Shown: one piece after another, positions 10,081 to 20,673 of the stretch
Layout: each line of letters begins with the position of its first letter
How positions within the stretch are numbered: position 1 is the first letter of the stretch
NCBI RefSeq assembly: GCF_006345805.1
Contig: NW_021833616.1
Coordinates: 1 to 57,241, forward strand
Direction: 5' to 3'
DNA from: Octopus sinensis
Taxonomy: Eukaryota
DNA length: 57,241 nt
Made by a program: the position numbers and the translations under genes
Notes under the pieces: generated by a model
Database searches by the model: none
Seen by the model: only the letters and a program-made list of their open reading frames with translations
What the model was told of the DNA's origin: nothing

Positions 10081-10733
10081 ATCAAGGGTTTTATTTAAAG
10101 TGACCTAAAAGTAGGGTCAACTCGAAAACAGGAAGAGAGGAAAAAAGAAAGAGAAAAAAGAGAAATAAGAAAAAAGAGAAGAAAATAAGAAAATAATAGA
10201 ATAATAAAAAATAAATAAATAAAGAAGAAAGAACGGGAAGAGAAGAATGAAGTAAAGGAATCAGTTAGTGGTCAGTCGAGATAATTTGAAAGTTGGAATG
10301 GTGAGATAAGAGTGATAGATAAGAGTGAAAGGTATTATCACCCTTATCTCCCCATATCTCAACTGACCACTAACTGGTTCCCTTACTTCATTCCTCTCTT
10401 CCTGTACTTCTTTTTTTTTATTATTATTTTTTCTCTTTCTTTATTCTTCGCTTCCTGTTTTCGATTTGACCTTACTTTTAGGTCACTTTAAATAAAACCC
10501 TTGATTCAATAACACTGTGTATAAATTCTATACTTGGAATGACCAATTTTAAATACTATTGGATTTTACTCATAAGGTATTGGAATCTTATATGTATACC
10601 ATTCTGCCTAAATAATGGATCTGCAAATGCAATATCCCTACATATCTCACATCTATTTTCTTTTATTTCCTCACCTCACTCTCTATTTTATATCTTATCT
10701 AAATTAACCATTTCTTAACCATCTTCTATCACC

Positions 10734-10781
10734 GTCTCCGATGAAGGGATATAATAAATATCCTGGAAACAGCTGAAAGAC
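10734..10781 (+). ncRNA. Degenerate type I hammerhead (CCGAUGA core, GAA in place of GUA)
   Basis: GTCT-CCGATGA-AGGGATAT-AATAA-ATATCCTG-GAAAC-AGCT-GAA-AGAC; stem I GTCT/AGAC covaries with GTTT/AAAC of the 9332-9380 copy. Confidence 0.6.
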
Positions 10782-11227
10782 CTATCTATAAATGAAGAAA
10801 GAGAAAAAGAAGAGAAAAACGATAAAAAGAACGACTAAGGAGAAGAAAGTAAGAAGAAAAATAATAATATAATAAAATAATATAATTAAAAAAATTTTAA
10901 AAACAGGAAGAGAGGAATAAAGGAAAGAAAGAAAGAAAAAGAAAAAGAAAACAAAGATATAGATAAGGGAAAATGTACCAGTTAATGGTCAGTGGAGATA
11001 ATTTGAAAGTAGGAGTGGGGAGATAAAGGGTGATAGAGAGAGAAAGATATTAGAGTGTAAGAAGATAGAAGGAATGGGAGGAGGGTAATAAAAGGTGAAG
11101 GAGTGACAAATGTGTAGTGATAGAGTCTAAGTGATGGGGCAGAGAGGAGGTTAGTAGTAAAGAATGAAAAATGAAGAATTTAGGAATTTAGAAGTTTGGC
11201 AGGTCAGTGCTTAGTAATATAAGAAAA

Positions 11228-11616
11228 CTAGCAGTATCGCCAGGCGTTGCTCGGATTTGTTTCGACCCTTTAGAATTGGAATTTTTGAAAAGTAAAAATT
11301 TAGCATTATGTAACTTCTTATTCTTTTTAAGTGAACATTTTTCTGGTTGAAATACACCGAAAAATGGCGACACAGCAGTCAAAAAATCGTAAAAAAATAG
11401 GGATTTTCATAGAAAAAAGCATCTTTTTGATGTAAATAATTTTTGGTGTTAACATGGTCCGATTTCAATTTTTTTCTTCTACGGAAGGAGGAGCAAGCCT
11501 TCTTCTATCATACTCTCAGTTTTGGTCAACTTGCACCGCAGGGTCTCGGAGGAGGTAGTGTTAGTTAAAGGCTGCCAAACCTGCCATACACAGACAACTT
11601 CAGCTTTATATAGAGA
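11228..11616 (-). mobile_element. Non-autonomous Helitron (~390 bp)
   Basis: 5' A|TCTCTATATAAAGCTG at 11616; 3' GC-rich hairpin (11238-11254) then CTAG|T at 11228. Confidence 0.75.
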
Positions 11617-11985
11617 TATATATGTGAAGATGTATACATATGCATATATTAGACATGTATATATATACATATTTATACGGATGTTTATACATATCATTAT
11701 CCATGCACACAACTCTTACTCGTATGTATATGCACACATGCGCACCCACATATACGTGCATCTGCATGTATTATCGCCCCTCTATACGTAGGTATATATT
11801 CCTTGCATACATACATAATTCACACATACACACATACATACATATACGCATACACACATTCATACATAAACACGCACATATGGATGGATGCACATACACA
11901 CGAATATAATTAGATGGTTGTGATATTCGAGTATGAGTGAGGAATTAGGAGTTAGAATGTAGATTTGTAAGGTTATTGGGACTAC

Positions 11986-12545
11986 CTAAGGAGTATTGTG
12001 AAAATGTACTGTATGGTCGTTTAGGCATTTGGATTTGTGGTAGAATTTGAATATGTGAAAAAAGCGGTGGTTGCATGTGCTTAGTGCCTCATTATGTTTA
12101 TTTAGCAGTACTGGAGAGTTGTGCTTTAATATGTGAAGTGCCTCCTTCAGGCAAAATTTACAGGTTGAGCGTTGACCTCGGTAGGGAAGTCCTGAGTCCA
12201 GTATGGACCATGATAGAGTATGGGGTATATTTGTATTTTTGAGATGGTGTATGTGGTTGGCGAGTGTTGCAGATTTACTACGTTTATCGTATCTAAAAGA
12301 ATGGAGATTAGTGGCATATCGTTGCTTAAAATTTTTTGTTGATTCTATGTATATGGCTGTAGAGTCGTGTAATAGGTTAAGGTCCGTGTATTTGTAAATT
12401 ACATTATATCTTCTGCAATGAGTTTGTAACAGGCAGATGGCTCCAGGACGGCAATTACAATTAGGTGAATTTTGGTGACTATGTTCATTAATATAGGAGG
12501 TCGTATCGTCAGAGCAGAGGTTATAGGAGTGGGTGGATAATTCCA

Positions 12546-12546
<1 letters not shown>
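11986..12546 (-). mobile_element. Penelope-like (Naiad-type) GIY-YIG endonuclease domain, degenerate
   Basis: ORF contains CNCR..C..C, VIY..YIES..FKQR, TLANHIHHLK..WSIL..PY..CKFCLKE..LLNK..E..STCNH, the PLE/Naiad endonuclease pattern. Confidence 0.85.
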
Positions 12547-12589
<43 letters not shown>

Positions 12590-13230
12590 TAACGTTATCA
12601 TACCTCAAATTCCATCTCAAACACGCAACAACCATCACAATCGCAACCAACAACACACATTCGTCGATTGAACCCTGGAAGGTCTTGCACCTAGGCATAT
12701 ACAACATTCGTTTAACACTAGGTCAAAAACGAAAATAACTAAAACAGCTAACAATAACGGGCCTCGCCTCCCACATACCTTCTCCAAAAATATAGATAGC
12801 ACTCCTCTATCTAATTACTTAGATAGAACTACTCCCAGACCCCCTAAAAAAAGTGGCGGACGCTCTATTCTGTGTTACACACCACCATTCTCACTTAACG
12901 TTAAGAACTTAGCTAAATCCTTCTTTAGAATACTAGACTCTAACTTCCCTCGACAACATAAATATCATTCTATCTTTAATCGATCCACCCTGAAACTATC
13001 TTATTCTACCTCACCCAACTTTGAATTTATTGTAGCAGCCTCTAATAAGCAAAAGCTCTCTCTTTACTATCAAAACTCACATAACTACAACTCTAGTAAT
13101 ACGAACACTCGACACACACAGAGCTATAGTACAGATACCCCTACATTAGACCACAACCACAACTCAACCCATCCTACTGACACTGCCTGGAACACCACCA
13201 CAATCTCTATCGCCTTTATAAATAGTACAA
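12590..13230 (+). mobile_element. PLE RT thumb/linker segment, inverted relative to its endonuclease
   Basis: RSILCYTPPFSLNVKNLAKSFFRILDSNFPRQHKYHSIFNRSTLKLSYSTSPNF from about 12861 matches the PLE 'IIWFNPP...IFNR..K.SYS' block. Confidence 0.8.
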
Positions 13231-13339
13231 TTAATAACAACAATAGTAGTAATAGCAATGATAGTAATGATAACGCGTACGTGTATGTATATGTGCACGT
13301 GTGTTTGAATATATGTATGTGTATGTATGTGTAGTGACG

Positions 13340-13700
13340 CTATACAGCGGCGCGCGCGCGCACCGTCCATTCCTGTTTCGTGCGTGCGGAGTTTGTGCCT
13401 TCACCAAGGCAGAGAGAGGAAGGGCCCTCTCGCGCATGCGCGAAGCACCGGAAGAAGGACCCTTTTGCCTACGTGGCAGTTAGCCGAGGCAGGGGGATCG
13501 TAGGACGTTGACCACTAGCGTCCAGCAGCAGTCATTGACTTGAGACAAAGCGACCGAAGGCAACGGACGTATATTTTCTCGCTGTCCGTTTTTGATAGCA
13601 GTCGGCCGAAGGCTTTAACCAAATTGTTGCAGACCACATCTTCTCCCTGTTCCGGACGCCATCTTTGACCAGTGTCGTTAGCATTTGAACATTGTAAATT
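13340..13700. promoter_or_regulatory. CpG-rich promoter-like island
   Basis: Non-repetitive CpG-rich segment with NRF1 GCGCATGCGC (13432-13441), ETS CCGGAAG (13448-13454) and YY1-like CGCCATCTTT (13657-13666). Confidence 0.55.
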
Positions 13701-14083
13701 CTACAGCGATAATGTTCAGCTCTGACACATCTATACCAAAGGGATACCCAGATATACCAATTATCTGTTACTGTCATAAGAGAATAAAGTAGATATATAT
13801 ATTTTACGTCTGCGTCTTGTTGTTTCTGACTGGTAGAGAATCCTGGATTATTAAAGCAACGGAAAGTGATTGCTTCTCGCACCCCCAAAAGGTCCAGAGA
13901 AGATATTCACACATTTCGTTACATATGTATGTATGCATGCATGTATGTAAGTATGTATGTATGTATGTATGTATATGTATATGTATGTAGGTAGGTATGT
14001 CTAAATGTATGCTTTTCTTGCTTTAGACAAACTCTGTTCAAATTCACAGACGTTCCAGCTGTGACAATCCCATCCTGGCAGAG

Positions 14084-14204
14084 GTAAAGAATACGTACAT
14101 CACCCGTTTTCGCCGTAAAAAACCCCTAAACATAACCTTAAATCCTAACCTTAAATCCTAAACCTTAACCCTAACCCTAAACCCCGGGTGTACGTATCCT
14201 TTAC
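14084..14204. mobile_element. Small MITE-like element with telomere-like core
   Basis: About 20-bp imperfect TIRs (GTAAAGAATACGTACATCACCCG / CGGGTGTACGTATCCTTTAC) enclosing degenerate (CCCTAA)n. Confidence 0.55.
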
Positions 14205-14427
14205 TTTCGCACCATTTTTATCCCGCATATAACGTAGATTCTATCATATCGTTTCTTTTGTGTCTATTTTTTATAGATAGTAAGCTATGATTTGAGGTAC
14301 ATTTTATTGCTATTTCTAGCACGTCGTGCGACCACTTAGAGGCACACGCGTTAGAGAAATGTTTATATTTTAACTGAAGCGTGACTTAGCGTCTTATACG
14401 TTCATTCGCACGTCATCGCCTTTTTAT

Positions 14428-14441
14428 GTTTCCATGGAAAC
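14428..14441. promoter_or_regulatory. RFX X-box
   Basis: Perfect palindrome GTTTCCATGGAAAC in unique sequence, matching the GTTNCCATGGNAAC consensus. Confidence 0.5.
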
Positions 14442-14886
14442 AACGAGTCATATGTACTGCAGCAAAGTCGCGTCGTTGTTTTTGTTGTTATTTTCTTAGT
14501 TACGTTATTAGTTAATGATGTTCATTTGTTTTGTGGTGTTGGATGTAGCAAGCATTGTGTATGTTAAAAGGTCACTGCTGCTTTTGGCAATGTGTGTGTG
14601 TGCGTGTGTGCACATGTTGCGTGTCACTCCTCATCCTATTTCTCCAGTGTGTGTGTGTGTGTGTGTGTGTATAATGTATATGTATATATGTATGTACATA
14701 TATATATGTATAGGTATATATATATATATTCATAAATGAGGGTGAAAAATTAGATATTAATTTAATAATACCATCAGTTTAACACTAAGTGGCTTAGCAC
14801 ATAAATTGGTATATATATATATATATATATATGTATACTGTATATATATGTATGTATGTATGTATATATATATATGTATGTATGTG

Positions 14887-14921
<35 letters not shown>

Positions 14922-15004
14922 GTATATGCATGCATGTATGTATGTATGTATGTATGTAGTATGTATGTATGTATGTATGTATGTATGTATGCATGCATGC
15001 ATGT

Positions 15005-15170
15005 GTGGAGGACCATGGTGTAATGGTTAGGGATGTTGGACTCATGATCGTAAGGTTGTGGGTTCGTTTCCTGGTCTAGGCAACGCGTTGTCTAACGTCA
15101 ATTTGATGGATACAGTGAGCTAATGTGTGACACGAACATTTGATCGCTATAAACAAATCATTTGTGCACG
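15005..15170 (+). mobile_element. tRNA-derived SINE fragment
   Basis: TGGTGTAATGGTTAG A-box and GGGTTCGTTTCC B-box. Confidence 0.6.
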
Positions 15171-15760
15171 TCGTATGTATGTATGTATGTATGTATGTAT
15201 GTATGTATGTATGTATGTATGTATATATGCATGCTATAGAGCCCGTATATGTATCATACTCAGTGTAAATACATCATTGAAAGGCGACTTATGGCGGTAT
15301 TTCTTAGGGACGTGCTGTGTGTAAAAACACATATCGGAGGAAGACGAAAGTTGTTCCATTTGGGCGTAGCGAGAATGCCTAATACATTTCAGCTTAATGA
15401 AGCCTTATCAGAGCCAGACAGAAGTCTAGACGAGAATTGTCGCTTCCAATTAATAGGAAGCTGTGAAATAAATTACTCACTGCTACTGTGAATCATTTTT
15501 CTTTTTCCGTCTAAGGGTGTTTTTAACCCAATATTCTACACGATATTATCTATAGCTTCATCTACTTCGAGTTCCACAGTAAATTTTTTTTAAATTACTT
15601 CACAACTCGCTATGTTTCAAATTTATTATAATGTAAACACGTCTACAATTCTTGCTGATAAAATCAAAATTTCTAAACTAAATAAAGAAAAGTCTAAGGG
15701 TTGCTTTATTTTAGTATAACGGTAGAATGTCTGTCATGTCTGCAGAAAATGTGATTTCGA

Positions 15761-15975
15761 AGGCGGCTAGCTGGCAGAAACGTTAGCACGCCGGGCGAAA
15801 TGCTTATCAGTATTTCGCCTGTCTTAACGTTCTGAGTTCATATTCCACCGATGTCGACTTTGCCTTTCATCCTTTCAGTCTCGATAAATTAAGTACCAGT
15901 TGCGTGCTGGGGTCGATTTAATCGACTGGTCCCCTTCCTAAAAATTTCGGGCCTTGTGCCTAGAGTAGAAAAGAA
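15761..15975 (+). mobile_element. SINE family A (alternative tail)
   Basis: Head GGCGGCTAGCTGGCAGAA, tail AAATTTCGGGCCTTGTGCCTAGAGTAGAAAAG. Confidence 0.85.
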
Positions 15976-16436
15976 AATGTGCATTTGAGTTCCACGAGCT
16001 GCCTCCGATTTTTTTCCATCCAAGGGATTTTTTTAAACCCAATATTCTATACACTATACTTTGTAGCCCTTTCTACTTAAAAATTACTCCATCATATCTC
16101 TCGAAGCTTCTAATGTAAACATTTTACAATTCTCGTTGGTAAGAATAATGCTTCAAAAATAGACGGAATATATTTGAACAGTTGCTTTGATATAATGTTT
16201 TAATTTTTCTCTTGCTGGCATTCCGTCGTTATGACGATACATGATCCAGTTGATCCGATCAGCGGAACAACCTGCTCGTAAAATTAACGTGCAAAGTAGC
16301 TGAGTACTCCGGGTTTAGTCTGCAGTGCGTGGCATCGTAGGCAATAGTCTTCTACTCTAGCCTCAGGCCGACCAATGCCTTGTGAGTGGATTTGGAACAG
16401 AAACTGAAAGAAGACCGTCGTAAATATATATCAATA

Positions 16437-17454
16437 TCTATAAAGCTGAAATGCGAAAAAGTTGTTTGTCTCATTTTGGGATGGGATCGGTTTAAGGGGC
16501 GGTAGATGGGGTCGGATTGGCGCCAAAATTTACAGGGACATATAAAAAGAGGCGAGGAAGCGACTGGACTAGGTTAGAAACCCATATCTCAAAAGCTGTG
16601 GTTACTAGGGTAACAAAACCCAGACTTTGACAAGTGTTGGTCGTTTCTCTCTTTCGGATATCACCCTGTCTTCCTCGATCTCTTTCTTGCCTTCCTTCCC
16701 TCCATCATCAATATCTATAAAGCTGAAATGCGAAAAAGTTGCTTGATTTCTTGGTTGTTTGTCTCATTTTGGGGTGGGAACGGTTTAAGGGGCGGTAGAT
16801 GGAGTCGGATTGGCGCCAAAATTTACACTGGGAGTAAAATGGGGGGTGGACAATGGTGTGAGAAGGGCTGCAAGTCACTCGGGGCTACCGTTTGGTTGCC
16901 ATGGTGAGGAATATGGGAAAAATTGAGTTTTATGGGATAGACAGGTTGTGCTGTTTGAATAATGGTGGTTTTTCGTGTTGCTGCAGGGGCTAGAGGCGGT
17001 TATCTTTGATTGTGGGAGTAAAAATTTGGGGGATTTTAGAAAGGGGGGCGGGTTAAATTTTTCAACTTTTAAAATGAGTACATTTTTGCCCTATTTTTAG
17101 ATTTAATTTTTTTCTGTTTGCATTATTTGGTTGACATGGGTAAAAATGGCATTGTGTTAAAGGCCAAAATCTTTTAGCTTTCATTTGCATCATGAACCGT
17201 CAAAATATGCCCCACCAAAATATCAAATTTCACAAAATTTTAAGTAAGTTTGAATTATTTTTGTGATTTTACGTGCAGGCGTAAGAGAAAGCGAGGGAGA
17301 GTCCGAGATAAAGGAAGAGTAAGAGAGTAGGAAAGTGAGAGAGAAAGGAGAGAGAAACAAAGAGGGAGAATGTGGCGATAAGAAACAGAAAGGAAGCAAT
17401 AGAAAGTAACAACCACACCCTCACCCGCGCGTAGAGCGGGTCACCTTAAGCTAG
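16437..17454 (+). mobile_element. Non-autonomous Helitron with duplicated 5' end
   Basis: A|TCTATAAAGCTGAAATGCG at 16437 and 16714; 3' hairpin ACCCGC/GCGGGT (17423-17441) and CTAG (17451-17454), immediately followed by another Helitron-type 5' end (TCTATATATATAAAGATG). Confidence 0.75.
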
Positions 17455-17513
17455 TCTATATATATAAAGATGAGAATGTGTGTTTCTCTGTGTGTGTGTG
17501 TGTTTGTGTGTGT

Positions 17514-17559
<46 letters not shown>

Positions 17560-17694
17560 TGTGTGTGTGTGAGTGTGTGTGTGTGTGAATCCCTAAAACT
17601 CGATAACTACCCAACCGATTTCATTCAAATTTTACACATGTTTTACTTACGGTCCGCGCAAAGTCATGGGCTCAAAAAATTTTCTACTTCTTGC

Positions 17695-17744
<50 letters not shown>

Positions 17745-17745
<1 letters not shown>

Positions 17746-17975
17746 CTCACACACCTATGTGTGTGTCTTTGTTCCCCCCCATCCCACTACTAGAAACTGA
17801 TGTTGGTGTGTTTACGTCCCCGTAACTTGGCGGTTCGGCAAAAGAGACCGATAGAATAAGTACGAGGCTTAAAAAGAAAATAAGTACTGTGGTCGATTCA
17901 TTCCATTAAAAATTCTTCAAGATTGTGTCCCAGCATGGCCGCAGTCTAATGACCGAAACAAATAGAATACAAAAG
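17745..17975 (+). mobile_element. SINE family B, 3' half
   Basis: GGTGTGTTTACGTCCCCGTAACTTGGCGGTTCGGCAAAAGAGACCG...CAGCATGGCCGCAGTC. Confidence 0.8.
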
Positions 17976-18029
17976 ATTAAAGCAGGATTTTATCAATTAA
18001 CCTGTTCTGTAAAGTATTCTAACTTAGTA

Positions 18030-18149
18030 AAGAAGAAGAAGAAGAAGAAGAAGAAGAAGAAGAAGAAGAAGAAGAAGAAGAAGAAGAAGAAGAAGAAGAA
18101 GAAGAAGAAGAAGAAGAAGAAGAAGAAGAAGAAGAAGAAGAAGAAGAAG
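18030..18149. repeat. (AAG)40 perfect trinucleotide repeat
   Basis: 120 nt of uninterrupted AAG. Confidence 0.95.
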
Positions 18150-18429
18150 AGAACCGGTAAAACTGTCAAGATTCCTATCCCGGTATAAATCCATAAATAC
18201 AACAAGGTGTCCCCTGATTGCTGGCTACCTTGGGTGGATCCATATGATTAAGGGCTCAAATCATAATGCTGACAAAGCTTCATCTGGTAAATATATATCG
18301 TTGTATTTGATATACACAAAGCACTAATTGATTTTTGTGTTCCAGAATAATCGAAATGAATTTACAGTGCAATATCTGGAGTCGGTATATCGTGCCTTGT
18401 GCCTAGAGTCGGTAGTTATGCGGTTATAC

Positions 18430-18637
18430 CTATTTCTTTACTACCCACAAGGGGCTAAACACAGACAAACGGATTAAGTCGATTAGATCAACCCCAGTGC
18501 GTAACTGGTACTTAATTTATCGACCCCGAAAGGATGAAAGGCAAAGTCGACCTCGGCGGAATTTGAACTCAGAACGTAACGGCAAACGAAATACCGCTAA
18601 GCATTTCGCCCGGCGCGGTAACGTTTCTGCCAGCTCC
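18430..18637 (-). mobile_element. SINE family A
   Basis: Same body and tail as other family-A copies. Confidence 0.85.
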
Positions 18638-18815
18638 AAAAAGTTCACGACTAATTGGCAGGTACTAGAGTTTGGCATTATGATGGCTCTACAATTTCAC
18701 CACTCATTTTTGTGATGGTTATAGAGAGTTGGTACTGAATGATGGACGAATACACTCGGAAAGAATGAAGACCGGAGGATAAATCATATTGTCATCTCTG
18801 CAATCTTTTTTGTAG

Positions 18816-18888
18816 ATGGTGTCAGCCGTCAAACAGAAACAAGAGCAGAAGCCATAATTTACTCAGCCTTTCTGAATAAGCTATTCAA
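18816..18888 (+). CDS. Candidate 73-nt internal exon, (D)GVSRQTETRAEAIIYSAFLNKLF
   Basis: Acceptor CAATCTTTTTTGTAG| and donor |GTAATG, open in one frame, unique sequence; no homologue recognised. Confidence 0.3.
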
Positions 18889-19729
18889 GTAATGTTAGCT
18901 TTAGTCAAAGCCCCTAAAGTCAGTCTGTTTCGATATAAAGGGGCAAAGGTAAATGATTTCCCTTCGAAATTAAAGGAGAGTAGATTTCGCCTTTCAGATA
19001 CGAGTCTATTAACAATGTTGGTAATATTCACATAGTACCTCTAAATGATGCTGCTTGGCATGTTGAGATGGAAGTCAAGTTGAGACATGAACTAATGCTG
19101 TGGGTCTCAAACTGACAACATGACCAGAGACCCGCTCATCAGAAAATTTATAATATTTTTGGCCCCTACATCTTTATTAATGAGAAAACAAAGTAGAGTT
19201 TGGAAATATTAAATTTCTAAATCTCTCATAGAGATATGTACGGTGGTGGGGCGATAGAATGGTTGTATACTGTCACGTTCACGTTAGATTGACAGTATAC
19301 AAAGTAGAGTTTACATCCACGAAATTTTTCTGCTTTAGTTCTCCATGGTGTCGGACAAGTTTAAAATGTCGAAAATTATTTTAATTTGATCAAAACATGA
19401 TACTTTATCTGGTCCCTTTCTTTCAGTTCTTACAGCTCTCTGGCCTCTTTCCGGTGTGAGAAGAGGCTGGCCTCGCTATGAGAAACCCTGGACTAACCGA
19501 TATCGGCAGCTGCAATTTAGCAGGACGTTATCAGTATGGCATTATTCGGAAAGTTTTAAGGACAGTCCTAGTACAATATGGAAAGAAGAGAAACTCATGT
19601 TAAAAATCTGTAATAAAACGGATAAAACTGAAATATAGTCGCATCCTTTGTGAAGAATGTATGAAAGAAAAGCTGTTCCCCCATTTGCGTGTGTGTGTGT
19701 GTTTATGTGCGCGCGTGCGTGTGTATATA

Positions 19730-20224
19730 TCTCTATATTATAATTCTGAAATGCGAAAAGTTTGTTTGTCTGGTTTTGGCATTGAGAACGGGTTAAAGGC
19801 CACTAGATCCCGTCGGATTGACTCCAAAATTTACAGGGACATGTAAAATGAGATGACGATGCGAGTGGGCTAGATTAGAAATCCCTATCTTAAAAGGTGT
19901 CGTTGCTAGGGCCAAAAACGTACTTTGCCAAGTCTACTCTCATTATTTTATGTATCTGTCTTCCTCCATCACTCACTCTCTTTCCTCCCTTCCCATCACT
20001 TTCTATCTATAACGTCGTTTCACAGCGTCTACTTCCTCTTCACTTTCTCTTTATAACGTCGTTTCACAGCGTTCTATATCTCCCCCTCCTCGCCTTCGAC
20101 AGCGCTTTCACACACACACTCTCTCTCTACGTCTGTCTGCATTCATAGAGAGAATTATCATCGCCACAACAACCACACAATCATGAGAAAAAATATTATG
20201 AATCTGATATTTATTGGGTTAATT

Positions 20225-20260
<36 letters not shown>

Positions 20261-20530
20261 CTAGATATAAATATGTATATATACTGTATATATACAAAGT
20301 GTATATATCTGTATTTATGTATATTAAACTTTTTAATACTTTTTGATAGTTATATATATTTTTAAAAAAATCATAAATATAAATTAATAATTTTAATTTT
20401 AAATTTAAATAATTTAAATTTTTAAATTTTATATTTTATATATTTTGTATATTATATTTTTTATTTTTATGTTTTGGTTATGTTTTTCACTGTTTGATTT
20501 GCCTATTAGTGGTTTTATCTCTAATTTAAG

Positions 20531-20577
<47 letters not shown>

Positions 20578-20606
20578 ATTTGTATACATTTGTATATATA
20601 ATGCGT

Positions 20607-20673
<67 letters not shown>

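Larger units (their letters stand above)
9320..10790. mobile_element. Inverted pair of PLE 3'/pLTR segments with hammerhead remnants
   Basis: 9320-9606 plus 10074-10330 is the reverse complement of about 10335-10790; HHR motifs lie at the outer ends; the region is continuous with the PLE 3' region at 10800-12546. Confidence 0.7.

Noticed and set aside
14120-14185. True telomere or chromosome-fusion scar
   Set aside because: Short, degenerate and enclosed by TIR-like arms.
17925-18205. Poly-Lys / poly-Phe ORFs
   Set aside because: Translation of (AAG)40.
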